From an uncultured Bifidobacteriaceae bacterium (GTDB lineage Bacteria > Actinomycetota > Acidimicrobiia > IMCC26256 > PALSA-555), in the NCBI GenBank assembly GCA_964555735.1, contig CAZKTS010000288.1, positions 1,069-65,068 on the forward strand: DNA of 64,000 nucleotides, given 5' to 3'. Shown here in pieces: positions 1 through 8,829 of this stretch. Position 1 is the first letter of the stretch, and each line of letters starts with the position of its first letter. The position numbers were made by a program, and so were the translations under genes. The notes below the pieces were generated by a model that was not told the origin of the DNA, did not search any database, and worked only from the letters and a program-made list of their open reading frames with translations.

Positions 1-168
1 CAGCTGGCACTTGGGCTCGGCGCGGTTCGGACGTTCTCGGTCGGCGCGCTGGTGCGCGTGACGGGCGCGCCGCGCACGTTCGACATCTGGGCCAACGACT
101 TCACCGGGCTGGGCGGCATGGCGCCGGCGGCAACGACGCAGGTGTCTGTGCTGCAGGTGGGCGTGTGA
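1..168 (+). CDS. 3' end (55 codons) of a CDS starting upstream of the window; possibly terminase large subunit (position only)
   Basis: Frame 1 is open from nt 1 to TGA 166-168 with G/C-rich third positions. It lies just upstream of the portal gene. The function is a synteny guess. Confidence 0.4.
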   Translation, partial: QLALGLGAVRTFSVGALVRVTGAPRTFDIWANDFTGLGGMAPAATTQVSVLQVGV

Positions 169-446
169 TCGCGCGGTTGCTCGCGGGCGCGGTCGTGCAT
201 GAGGTGCGGACGCGCGCAGCCGCGCTCTGCGTCGTGCTGGCGGAGTGGTGCGCGCCGGAGCCGGAGGCGGCCGCGGCCGAGGAGGACGACGATGAGACGC
301 GCGGGTGGGCGGTGCCGATGCAGCGCCCGCTGACGGCGGAGTCGCGGGCGCTGATGCGACCGCCGCCGCGCGATGACGGGGCGCCGGAGGACGACATCAC
401 GCGAGCGGGCAGTCTTCGGGATAGGGTGAGGGCATGGCAGACGTAA
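165..446 (+). CDS. hypothetical acidic protein (93 aa)
   Basis: The GTG start overlaps the upstream stop (GTGTGA). GC3 is high. The end overlaps the portal start. Confidence 0.5.
   Translation: MIARLLAGAVVHEVRTRAAALCVVLAEWCAPEPEAAAAEEDDDETRGWAVPMQRPLTAESRALMRPPPRDDGAPEDDITRAGSLRDRVRAWQT
422..427 (+). promoter_or_regulatory. class-L box variant TAGGGT, 6 nt before portal ATG 434
   Basis: gggaTAGGGTgagggcATG. Confidence 0.35.
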
Positions 447-2506
447 CCGCGTTGTCGAGCTTCGGGCTCGACACGACCACGCTGGGCGCCGACTTCCCGA
501 CGCTCGGCTTCGATGAGAGCCCGCGCTATCGGCTGCTCGATCGCCGGCAGAGCTACTACTCGTGCACGCAGCACGACGCGAAGACGTACGACTTCGACGG
601 GCGCACGATCGTCAACCCGGGGAACGTGCTCGTCTCGCCGATGATCGCGGAGGCGTCGAACCAGGGGCTAGTGCCGCTGCGCGATCGGCGACCGTCGGCG
701 CCGTATCGTCTGCCGCGAGTGATCGCGGACACCTTCACAAACCTGATCTTCGGTCACCAGCGGTGGCCGACGTTCCGCAGCGAAGACCCCGATACGGAGG
801 AGTTCATCCGCGCGCTGGTCGACGCGCAGGCGCTGCGGACGGTGATGGTGCGGGCGCGCACGCTTGGCGGCTCGACGGGCACGGTCGGGTTGTCGTGGCG
901 CTACTGGAACGGGCGACCGCGGACGCGCGTGCACAACGCGAAGAACCTCTTTGTCCATACGTGGGCCGATCGCGAGATGCTGATCCCGGCGCACGTCAGC
1001 GAGATTTACCGCTTTACGCGGCTGGAATACGACCGCGACACGCGGCGCATGGTCGACCGCCCGTACTGGTATCGGCACGATTGGACGCCGGCGGCGGACG
1101 TCGCGTTCTTCGAGGTGCCGATCGACGACACGGTCAACCCGCAGTGGCAGATCGACCCCGCGCGCAGCTACGTGCACGGCGACGGCGAAGCGCACTTCGT
1201 CTGGATCCAGAACCTCCCGAGCGACGACATCTCGACGATCGACGGCGTGCCGGATTACGAGGGGCTCTATGACACGTTTGATGCGCTCGACGTCCTGTAC
1301 TCGGTGCTCGTGCATGGCACGACGCTGAACCTCGACCCGACGCTGCTGCTGAAGGTCGATCCCGATCTGCTGGAGCGATCGGGCGCGGTGCAGAAGGGCA
1401 GCCGCGCGGCGCTCAACGTGGGGCCCGCGGGCGACGCGCGGTACATGGAGCTGCAGGGCACGGCGGTCACGGCAGGGACGGCGCTCTTCATGAAGATGCG
1501 CGAGTCGGCGTTGGAGGTCGCGCAGTGCATCATTCCCGATCCGAATCAGGTCGGGGCGAGCGGGACGTCGAGCGTGGCGCTGAAGGTCGTCAATGCGCCG
1601 ATGCTGAGCAAGGCGGACGTGATCCGTGAGCAGTACGATCACGGGATGCGGCAGCTGCTGCAGCAGCAGCTGCGAGGCGCGAGGCGGTTGGAGATCGGCG
1701 AGGAGTCGGGGCTCTACCTCGAACTACCAACGCGCGTTGAGGTGCAGCTGCAGGAGGACGACGACGGGATCACGCGAGAGGTCGAGGTGCGCGTCGATCA
1801 GAAGCCCGGCGGGTCGGATGTGGTGGTGACCGAGTGGGGCGACTACTACACGCCGACGGCGACGGACCAGCAGCTGACCAGCGCGACGCTCACGCAGTTG
1901 ACGGCGTCGAAGCTACTCGCGCAGGAGGTGGGCGCCGACCTCGCGGCGCGCGTGATGCGCATCAACGCGCGCGGGAATTGGGCGCAGCTGGAGGTCGAGC
2001 GGCGCGCGGCGGCCGAGCGGCAGCAGTTCGAGCTGGAGACGGGCGGCGCGGTGGAAGAGCCCGACGCGATGCCGGACGGCGCGAGTGGGCGGGGCGTGGC
2101 GGAGCTGCTGAAGGCGACGCGCGGCGCGCTGCCGGCGGCGCTGACGGTCAACGAGCTGCGCGAGCTACTCGGCCTGCCGTCGCGTGGCGAGGACGGCGAC
2201 GTAACGCTGGGCGAAGCGGTCGAGCGGGTGAAGCGGCCGCAGCAGCCGATCGAGCAGGGCATGCCGGTCGACGACGGCGGCGGGTATGGCGCCGAGGACG
2301 ATCGAGCGCAGCCTGGCGATGAGCCCGGGCAGTCGGCGGCCGAGCAGCTGGCGGCGGACATGACGGCGGCGAGCGTGGAGCGGTGCGAGCATGGGTCGGT
2401 GAATCGGTGCCGGCTGTGCGGGATCGAGCGCGAGCGGGGCTTTGACTTGCTGCCCGATGGCCAGCCGGTGTGGCGCGTGGCGTGGCGCGCGATGCGCGAT
2501 GGCTGA
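434..2506 (+). CDS. portal protein (690 aa)
   Basis: Size, and position directly upstream of and coupled to a MuF-like gene (the SPP1 gp6/gp7 arrangement). The C-terminus is Cys-rich (CEHGSVNRCRLCG). Confidence 0.7.
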   Translation: MADVTALSSFGLDTTTLGADFPTLGFDESPRYRLLDRRQSYYSCTQHDAKTYDFDGRTIVNPGNVLVSPMIAEASNQGLVPLRDRRPSAPYRLPRVIADTFTNLIFGHQRWPTFRSEDPDTEEFIRALVDAQALRTVMVRARTLGGSTGTVGLSWRYWNGRPRTRVHNAKNLFVHTWADREMLIPAHVSEIYRFTRLEYDRDTRRMVDRPYWYRHDWTPAADVAFFEVPIDDTVNPQWQIDPARSYVHGDGEAHFVWIQNLPSDDISTIDGVPDYEGLYDTFDALDVLYSVLVHGTTLNLDPTLLLKVDPDLLERSGAVQKGSRAALNVGPAGDARYMELQGTAVTAGTALFMKMRESALEVAQCIIPDPNQVGASGTSSVALKVVNAPMLSKADVIREQYDHGMRQLLQQQLRGARRLEIGEESGLYLELPTRVEVQLQEDDDGITREVEVRVDQKPGGSDVVVTEWGDYYTPTATDQQLTSATLTQLTASKLLAQEVGADLAARVMRINARGNWAQLEVERRAAAERQQFELETGGAVEEPDAMPDGASGRGVAELLKATRGALPAALTVNELRELLGLPSRGEDGDVTLGEAVERVKRPQQPIEQGMPVDDGGGYGAEDDRAQPGDEPGQSAAEQLAADMTAASVERCEHGSVNRCRLCGIERERGFDLLPDGQPVWRVAWRAMRDG

Positions 2507-3551
2507 CTCGGTGGCGGCCGCGCTGCGGGTGAACCGGCAGCAGGCGCGGCAGATCGCGGAGGACGTCGGCGTCAAGGAGGTGCGCCGCATGCTGACGCGC
2601 GCGGCGGACGACTTGCGCAGGCGGCTCGATGCGACGGTTCGCACTGGGGCGGCGACGCCGACGACGATCGAGGCGATGCAGACGACGCTGGCGCAGGTCG
2701 AGGCGGTGACGCGCGGAATCGCGACGGGTGTGGGTGACATCACGCGAGGCGCGGCGCGCGAGGTGGCGCAGGTGGGCGCGTCGCAGGCGTACAAGTTCCT
2801 CCGCGTCTCACAGCGCCGCTTTGGTGGGCAGCCGCTGCCGGTGCGTGAGGCGGCGATGATCAATCGCGCCGTTCGCGGCGCGGATGCGAGCCTGCTGCGG
2901 CGCCTAGCGTTGACCGAGACGCAGCGCGCGCGGCAGGCCGAGCGCGTGACGCCGGAGCCCGCGAGCAAGCCGCCGGCGTTCAGCGTTGACCGTCCAACGA
3001 GCGTGTTGCAGCGATACACGGCCGAGACGATCGGGCACTTCGAGGAGGAGCTGCAGACTGGGCTGGTGACCAAGCAGCCATGGGGCGAGGTGCGCGAGCG
3101 GCTGGTGACCAAGTCGACCTTCCTGCAGAGTGCGCCGGCGCACTGGGCGGAGCGCATCGTGCGGACGGAGACGATGGGCGCCTACAACCGCGCTGGGTGG
3201 GAGGCGACGCGCGAAGCCGATGAGACGCTCGGCGACATGGTCAAGGTGCTGGTGGCGACGATCGACGGGCGCACGGGCTGGGACTCGCTGCAGGTGCACG
3301 GCCAGATCCGGCGCGTCGACGAAGCGTTCGAGTGGGCGGGTGGGCTGTACCAGCACCCGCCGAATCGCCCCAACGATCGGGAGATCGTTGTGCCGCATCG
3401 ACTCGCGTGGCCGCTGCTGCCGGAGTTCGCGCCGCGGTCTGACGCCGAGGTGGTGGCGGCGTGGATTCGAGATCGGCGGCGTGGATCTCCGCCGCCGCGC
3501 CCGCAGCGGTCGACGGTGCCGCTCGATGAATTTGGCGGAAAACGCCGGTGA
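2499..3551 (+). CDS. MuF / SPP1 gp7-like minor head (head morphogenesis) protein
   Basis: ATG 2499 overlaps the portal stop (ATGGCTGA). Motifs VRTETMGAYNRAGWEA ... GRTGWDSLQVHGQ ... HPPNRPNDREIVVP are typical of the Phage_Mu_F domain. Confidence 0.85.
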   Translation: MADSVAAALRVNRQQARQIAEDVGVKEVRRMLTRAADDLRRRLDATVRTGAATPTTIEAMQTTLAQVEAVTRGIATGVGDITRGAAREVAQVGASQAYKFLRVSQRRFGGQPLPVREAAMINRAVRGADASLLRRLALTETQRARQAERVTPEPASKPPAFSVDRPTSVLQRYTAETIGHFEEELQTGLVTKQPWGEVRERLVTKSTFLQSAPAHWAERIVRTETMGAYNRAGWEATREADETLGDMVKVLVATIDGRTGWDSLQVHGQIRRVDEAFEWAGGLYQHPPNRPNDREIVVPHRLAWPLLPEFAPRSDAEVVAAWIRDRRRGSPPPRPQRSTVPLDEFGGKRR

Positions 3552-3585
3552 TCCGTGCAGGATGGACGGGGCGTCGCGCGTGAGA

Positions 3586-3591
3586 TAGCGT
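3586..3591 (+). promoter_or_regulatory. class-L box variant TAGCGT, 7 nt before GTG 3599
   Basis: gagaTAGCGTgtagatcGTG. Confidence 0.4.
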
Positions 3592-3598
3592 GTAGATC

Positions 3599-3862
3599 GT
3601 GTTCAAGCTCCGCCCGACGAAGGACGCGCAACCGCAGCTCGAAAAGCTCGCAGTGCTGGCGCCGACCAAGATCGTCGCGGAGGGCCCCGAGAAGGGGATC
3701 GAGCTGAGTGCATCGCTGCGCGCGCACCGCGTGCCGGACCGTGCGATTCGCGCCGGCGACAAGCCGCGCGATGTGGCGGGGCCGGGCACTCCGGTCTATC
3801 CTGACGCGAACCCATGGCCCGCGCCGGTGGCGCGAGTGCCGTACAAGCTGAAGGGCGCGTGA
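3599..3862 (+). CDS. hypothetical protein (87 aa)
   Basis: The GTG start lies 7 nt after a TAGCGT box. High GC3. The stop overlaps the next ATG (TGATG). Confidence 0.5.
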   Translation: MFKLRPTKDAQPQLEKLAVLAPTKIVAEGPEKGIELSASLRAHRVPDRAIRAGDKPRDVAGPGTPVYPDANPWPAPVARVPYKLKGA

Positions 3863-4236
3863 TGGCGAACGACAACGGATCCACGCCGGGCGACGGGCAG
3901 TCGAGCCCGTTCGGCGACGGGCGCGGTGGCATCGGAGGCAACATGGCCGGCGGCAACGATTTCACGCAGAACCCCACGGGCGGCATCGGCAAGAGCGGCG
4001 GCAACGACTTCGTCGTCAACCCGACCGGCAACGGGCCGAAGGGCAACGCGCAACCGGCGGCGTCGCAGCCGGCGCAGCCGAAGGGCAACCTACCGGACCT
4101 CAACGCGCAGACGCAGGCGCGCACGCTGAGCCCGGTGGACGACGCGACCCCGAGCACTTCGAGCGGGCCGCGCGCGAACCTGCTCGGGGCTGGGACCATC
4201 GGCGACGGGCGCAAGCCCTACACGCTGCGGGGCTGA
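3862..4236 (+). CDS. Gly/Asn-rich head-module protein with internal GGNDF-x2-NPTG repeats
   Basis: Starts MANDNGSTPGDG. Carries two copies of GGNDF(T/V)(Q/V)NPTG. Coupled to the upstream ORF. Confidence 0.55.
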   Translation: MANDNGSTPGDGQSSPFGDGRGGIGGNMAGGNDFTQNPTGGIGKSGGNDFVVNPTGNGPKGNAQPAASQPAQPKGNLPDLNAQTQARTLSPVDDATPSTSSGPRANLLGAGTIGDGRKPYTLRG

Positions 4237-4239
4237 TCG

Positions 4240-4656
4240 ATGGGGCAGCTGACGATCGCGGGGACGCTGCTCGGTGGGCCGGTCCAAGTCGGGGCCGGCT
4301 TCCCGCAAGCGATCTACACGACGCAGCTGGCGCTCTCGCAGACGCCGCGGCCCTTCTCGAAGGGTTCGGGCGTCGTGCAGTCGACGGTCAACACGCCTTC
4401 GCCGAGCTACGAGCCGCTGCAGGGTGTGGGGCCGACCGACCGCGTGCGGTACGGCGACGTTCTCTATCTGCGGTGTGATGGTTCACTAGAGCTGCGCATC
4501 TCGCAGACCGATCCCTTGAACCCGCTCGGGCCGCCGCTCGTGCGGCTGCTCAACGTGCAGGGGCTTCAGATCATGGAGTTCCCGCCGTCGTCGCGACTCG
4601 TCTTGCTTGAGGCGCAGGGGTCGGCGACAGTAGAGTACGCAATCTTCGGATCCTGA
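4240..4656 (+). CDS. hypothetical head-module protein (138 aa)
   Basis: High-GC3 ORF in the operon between MuF and the scaffold. Confidence 0.55.
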   Translation: MGQLTIAGTLLGGPVQVGAGFPQAIYTTQLALSQTPRPFSKGSGVVQSTVNTPSPSYEPLQGVGPTDRVRYGDVLYLRCDGSLELRISQTDPLNPLGPPLVRLLNVQGLQIMEFPPSSRLVLLEAQGSATVEYAIFGS

Positions 4657-4670
4657 CAGGAGCACTGACC

Positions 4671-5348
4671 ATGGCTGAGACTCTCCGATCGACGTTCAAT
4701 CGCGGTTCTCTCTCGACGCTGGCCGACGCACTCCGGCTGATCAAGTTCGGCGACGTGCTCGATTCGCTCGCGGCGACGCTGCGGCGCTCGGGGACGGTCG
4801 CGAGCGCGGGCGTCGATGCGGGCGCGCTGGTCACTGCCGCGCAGCAGGCCGACGTGCCGGCGCTCGGGGTGCTGTCGGCGTACGCGCGATCGGGTGCTGG
4901 CGCCGCCGGGCCGCTCGCGCAGGCGGCCGCCTACCCGCCGGTCGCCGGCGAGGTCGGCGTGGCGCCCAACGGCGCGGTCGTCACGGCGGCCGCGGACGCC
5001 TGGACCTCGGTGGACGTGGTCTACCTGCCCGCGAAGGGCGACGTGGTCGAGGTGACGGTGAGCGTGGTGCCGGGCACCGGCGTCGCGGCGATCCCGCCGT
5101 CGGTCGCGGCCGCTGGGATGGTGATGCTGCTCGATGCGGAGTCGCTCGCGGGCGGCTTCACCGGCGCCGCGGAGGTGCTGGAGCCCGGCGCGGGCGCGCC
5201 GGCGGCCGGGCAGGCGCGGCTGAACCTCGCGCTGACGGGCGTGACGTTCGCGGCGGCCGATGCGGTGACGCAGGCGCGGCTGCGCGTCCTGGTGTGCAGC
5301 GCGCAGGAGCTGAGCGCGCAGCTCGCCGGGCAGTCGACTCTGATCTGA
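4671..5348 (+). CDS. hypothetical head-module protein (225 aa, Ala/Val-rich)
   Basis: An AGGAG RBS lies upstream of ATG 4671. High GC3. Confidence 0.55.
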   Translation: MAETLRSTFNRGSLSTLADALRLIKFGDVLDSLAATLRRSGTVASAGVDAGALVTAAQQADVPALGVLSAYARSGAGAAGPLAQAAAYPPVAGEVGVAPNGAVVTAAADAWTSVDVVYLPAKGDVVEVTVSVVPGTGVAAIPPSVAAAGMVMLLDAESLAGGFTGAAEVLEPGAGAPAAGQARLNLALTGVTFAAADAVTQARLRVLVCSAQELSAQLAGQSTLI

Positions 5349-5383
5349 TCGTGCCGGGGCGGCACGGAGAGGCGTGGGAGAAC

Positions 5384-6142
5384 ATGGCGGACCAGCAGAC
5401 GAACGTGGGTGAAGCCGCCGGCGGGGCGCCGGCGGCGAGTGGGACAGCGGCACCGGCAGCGCCGGCGGCACCGGCAGCGCCGGACGACGCGCAGGGGCGC
5501 GGGGTGCCGGCGGCCAAGATGGTGCTGACGCGGGACCAGCTGACGGAGCGGCTGCAGCGCGCTCGGCGCGCTGCGCTGACGGAGGCGCTCGGCACGGACG
5601 ACGTGGCGGCCGTCAAGGCGAGGCTAAAGCGCGCCGAGGAGCTGGAGAAGAAGGCCGAGGAGCAGCGCCTGGCGCAGCTGAGCGAGATCGATCGAGCGCG
5701 CGAGCTGGCCCGGGCGGCCGAGCGGCGCGAGCGCGAGGCGCGGTCGCAGCTCACGGTCGAGCGCGAGCGCCGGATCACGCAAGAGCAGGACGTCTATGTC
5801 GCGCGGCTTGCGGCGCGACACATCAACCAGCGCTATGTGCCCGAGGCGACGCTGGCGTTTGCGCGCGAGGTGCGGCGCATGCCGGAGAGCGACGCGGCGA
5901 AGCTCGACGAGTCGAGCATCCTGAAGTGGTTCTCGCGATACGCGGCGGACAAGCGCGAGATCGCGGCATCGCCGAAGGCGCGCGAGCAGCGCACGCCAGC
6001 CGGCGCTGCGGCTCCGCCTCCGCGAGCACCCGCCACGGCGGGCGCGCGGCCGCCCGTGCAGTCGTTCGCGCCGTCGGCGCCCAACGCCATGTCACCGCGT
6101 GAGGCGCGCGCGGCGGCGGCGAAGATGGGCTACAAGTGGTGA
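5384..6142 (+). CDS. putative scaffolding protein
   Basis: ATG 5384 is preceded by GGAGAGG. Charged coiled-coil core (KRAEELEKKAEEQRLAQLSEIDRARELARAAERREREAR). Lies directly upstream of the major capsid gene. Confidence 0.6.
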   Translation: MADQQTNVGEAAGGAPAASGTAAPAAPAAPAAPDDAQGRGVPAAKMVLTRDQLTERLQRARRAALTEALGTDDVAAVKARLKRAEELEKKAEEQRLAQLSEIDRARELARAAERREREARSQLTVERERRITQEQDVYVARLAARHINQRYVPEATLAFAREVRRMPESDAAKLDESSILKWFSRYAADKREIAASPKAREQRTPAGAAAPPPRAPATAGARPPVQSFAPSAPNAMSPREARAAAAKMGYKW

Positions 6143-6158
6143 TCATCCGGCGCCGCGC

Positions 6159-6187
6159 TTGACGTAGCGCGCGCCGGCGCAGAGAAT
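6159..6187 (+). promoter_or_regulatory. sigma70-like promoter TTGACG-N17-GAGAAT upstream of the major capsid gene
   Basis: -35 at 6159-6164, a 17-nt spacer, -10 at 6182-6187. The -35 sits in the loop of an imperfect GC hairpin (6147-6177). Confidence 0.4.
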
Positions 6188-6271
6188 CAGTCAACCTAGT
6201 CGCGATACGCACACGCCGGCGGTAACGGGCGGAATCTCACGCGACGCAGAACCTTCACCGGAGATTCCGTC

Positions 6272-7648
6272 ATGGCAATCGCAGTCGCAATCCCTCCCAC
6301 CGTCGCAGACCTGATCCAGAAGGGTCTGATCGAGCGCGCGTTCCACGACGCGCTGGTTCCAAACCTGCAGTACCGCGCTGAGGCGTTCGTCGAGGAGTGG
6401 CCCGAGCACGCCGGCGATCAGCTGGTGATGACCCGCTCGGGGGTGCTGCCGACCATCACGGAGCCGCTGACGCCGGGTGTCGACCCGATCCCGCAGGCGC
6501 CGCTCAACGAGCAGTGGATCGCGAACCTCGTGCGCTTCGCCGGCGCGGATGACGTGTCGACGCCGACCAGCGCGGTCGCGGCGCAGAACCTCTTCCTGCA
6601 GAAGATCGCGGTGCAGGGCGTGCAGTCGGGCATGTCCGTCAACCAGATCGCGCGCAACGCCTACTTCAAGTCGTACCTGAGCGGCCAGACGCTCACGACC
6701 GCGGGGGCGCTCGCGGGTGCGACCACGATCACGGTGGCGGCGATCAACGGCTTCACGACCTCGCTGACGCTGACGCTGAGCGCGCTGCCGCAAAACGTCT
6801 CGCCGGTGACCCCGCAGGCGGTCACGATCGCGGGCGTGGCGAACACGGTGATCGGCGCCTTCCCGGCGGATCCGTCCGATCCCTTCGGGCCCGGGACGCT
6901 GCTGCTCGGGACGCCGCTCGTGGCTCCGATCGCGGCGCGCGCGGTGGTGCTCGCGGACGATCGCCCGCTGGTGCTGCGCGCCGGTGGCGGTGACAGCGTG
7001 GATGCGATCGCGGCGGGCGACATCCTCACGCTGCAGGACCTGATCAACGCGGTGAACCTGCTGCGTCAAAACAGCGTGCAGCCGCACGAGGACGGCTTCT
7101 ATCACGTGCACATCATGCCCGTCGGCAACAGCCAGCTCTTCGCCGACCCGGCGGTGCAGCGGCTCAACACGAGCCTGCCGGAGTTCGCGATCTACAAGGA
7201 GGCGTTCATCGGCACGCTGGCCGGCTTCATGGCGTCGCTGAACACCGAGTCGCCGACCCGGTTCAACAGCGGCCCGCTCACGGCGACCGGCGTGAACGCG
7301 CGCTACGCGCGCGGCATCGGCGGTGAGGTCGTGAACGACGGCGGCATCAACGTCGGGCGCGTGCTCGTGACGGGCCGCGCGGGGCTCTACGAGAAGTGGC
7401 TCCCGGGCACCGCGTACGTGACCGAGGCGGGCATCACGGGCAAGCTCGGCGCGTTCGACGTGATCAACAACGGCGTGCGGCTCAACACCGAGCGGATCGA
7501 TCTGATCTTGCGCGCCCCGATCAACCGGCTGCAGGACCAGGTCGGCATCGCCTGGCAGATCACGACGTCCTTCTCGACGCCGTCCGACAAGAGCAACGGC
7601 GGGCCGCAGCGCTTCAAGCGCGGCGTCATCGTCGAGCACGCCGCGTAA
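6272..7648 (+). CDS. major capsid protein (458 aa)
   Basis: Follows the scaffold gene. It has its own sigma70-like promoter, a leader with GGAG, and a structured region or terminator downstream. The size is typical for a capsid protein. Confidence 0.7.
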   Translation: MAIAVAIPPTVADLIQKGLIERAFHDALVPNLQYRAEAFVEEWPEHAGDQLVMTRSGVLPTITEPLTPGVDPIPQAPLNEQWIANLVRFAGADDVSTPTSAVAAQNLFLQKIAVQGVQSGMSVNQIARNAYFKSYLSGQTLTTAGALAGATTITVAAINGFTTSLTLTLSALPQNVSPVTPQAVTIAGVANTVIGAFPADPSDPFGPGTLLLGTPLVAPIAARAVVLADDRPLVLRAGGGDSVDAIAAGDILTLQDLINAVNLLRQNSVQPHEDGFYHVHIMPVGNSQLFADPAVQRLNTSLPEFAIYKEAFIGTLAGFMASLNTESPTRFNSGPLTATGVNARYARGIGGEVVNDGGINVGRVLVTGRAGLYEKWLPGTAYVTEAGITGKLGAFDVINNGVRLNTERIDLILRAPINRLQDQVGIAWQITTSFSTPSDKSNGGPQRFKRGVIVEHAA

Positions 7649-7657
7649 TCGCGGCGT

Positions 7658-7756
7658 GGAGGCGGGCGGGTCGGAAGTGCCAGCCTTCGCTCCTTCGTGA
7701 GTGGGGCGCCTTCCGCCCGCCCCCTCGCTCTCGGGTGTCTCGCTTGCGAAGGAGCG
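7658..7756 (+). terminator. GC-rich nested stem-loops downstream of the major capsid gene (terminator/attenuator candidate); the outer arm pairs with the next gene's RBS
   Basis: GGCGGGCGG (7661-7669) pairs with CCGCCCGCC (7713-7721). CGCTCCTTCG (7688-7697) pairs with CGAAGGAGCG (7747-7756), which contains the AAGGAG RBS of the gene at 7766. There is no T-tract. Confidence 0.4.
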
Positions 7757-7765
7757 ATCTAATCA

Positions 7766-8515
7766 ATGCCGCTGAAGCGTGGAGCTAGTCGCGAAGCCGT
7801 GGCGTCGAATGTCGCTACGCTGGTGCGCGAGGGCTACCCGCAGAAGCAGGCGGTGGCGATCGCGCTATCTCAGTCGGGCAAGTACGAGGACGACCCGGAG
7901 GCGCAGCGCGACGCCGAGGCGCGCGCGTGGTGGAGCATGCCGCCGCTCTCGCAGTGGGCGAGCGCGCGCGAGCGGTTGCGCGTGGTGCCGGCCGAGCAGA
8001 AGACGGACTATTCGTGTGGGCCGGCGGCGCTGGTGGGCGCGCTGTCGGCGTTCGGCGTGACGGCGACCGAGGATGAGCTGGCGGCGGCGGCCGACACGTC
8101 GGCGGCGGCGGGGACGTCGGCGGCCGGACTGATCGCGGCGGCGGAGGGGTACGGGATCGACGGCCGGTGCGCGGTGGGGATGACGGTCGATGAGCTGGCG
8201 GGGCAGCTGCGCGCGGGGCGGATCGTGGTGGCGTGTGTGCAGGCGCCGCGTGCAGCGCCGGAGGCTCTCGACGCGCTAGGGGTGGACGTGTCGCACTGGG
8301 TGGTGCCGGTGGCGGTGCGAGACGGCCAGGTGGAGCTGATGGACCCGAGCGTGCCGGGGGCGCTGACTGCCATGTCGGTCGACGACTTCGAGGCGGGCTG
8401 GTACGGGTACGATGAGGGTGAGCAGTGGCACGGGTTCGGCGTGGTGCTCTCGGGGCCGACGCCGGCCAGGGCCGAGCTGGCGCTGCCGGTGGCCGTCTAC
8501 GGCCGACCCGGATAG
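7766..8515 (+). CDS. papain-like cysteine peptidase (C39-like) with a conserved N-terminal basic module
   Basis: Candidate Cys/His/Asp triad: TDYSCGPAALVGAL (Cys), DVSHWVVPVAV (His), LMDPS (Asp). The N-terminus reads EGYPQKQAVAIALSQSGK. AAGGAG RBS. Confidence 0.7.
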   Translation: MPLKRGASREAVASNVATLVREGYPQKQAVAIALSQSGKYEDDPEAQRDAEARAWWSMPPLSQWASARERLRVVPAEQKTDYSCGPAALVGALSAFGVTATEDELAAAADTSAAAGTSAAGLIAAAEGYGIDGRCAVGMTVDELAGQLRAGRIVVACVQAPRAAPEALDALGVDVSHWVVPVAVRDGQVELMDPSVPGALTAMSVDDFEAGWYGYDEGEQWHGFGVVLSGPTPARAELALPVAVYGRPG

Positions 8516-8518
8516 GAT
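8513..8518 (+). promoter_or_regulatory. class-L box variant TAGGAT, 7 nt before ATG 8526
   Basis: cggaTAGGATgggggtcATG. Confidence 0.35.
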
Positions 8519-8525
8519 GGGGGTC

Positions 8526-8825
8526 ATGAGGAAGCGGCGAGAGCTGGGCGATGATGAGATGACCCCGCCAACGGCGCCACAAGGCGCGCCTACGGGGGTC
8601 CCGGGGCTGGCCCCTATCGTGGCCCCGCCGGCTGCGGAAGACGCGCCCACGGGGCTCACAGCGGCGCTGCCGCCGATCGAGCGCCGGCGGGTCGAGTCGG
8701 ACGTGCTGGTGGCGGTGAACGGGACGCGGGTGCGGCTGCGGGCGGGCAAGGTGCTCGATTCGAGGTACTACGACCTCGCGGCGATCGAGTCGCAGCCCGG
8801 GGTGCGCCTGACGGCGCTGGAGTGA
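8526..8825 (+). CDS. hypothetical protein (99 aa)
   Basis: ATG 8526 lies 7 nt after a TAGGAT box; the alternative start is ATG 8517. Contains the 14-mer repeat, which encodes PQGAPTGVPG. Confidence 0.5.
   Translation: MRKRRELGDDEMTPPTAPQGAPTGVPGLAPIVAPPAAEDAPTGLTAALPPIERRRVESDVLVAVNGTRVRLRAGKVLDSRYYDLAAIESQPGVRLTALE
8584..8597 (+). repeat. 14-mer core GCGCGCCTACGGGG inside a CDS
   Basis: Exact copy of the core. It encodes ..GAPTG.. in the gene at 8526. Confidence 0.7.
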
Positions 8826-8829
8826 TCCG

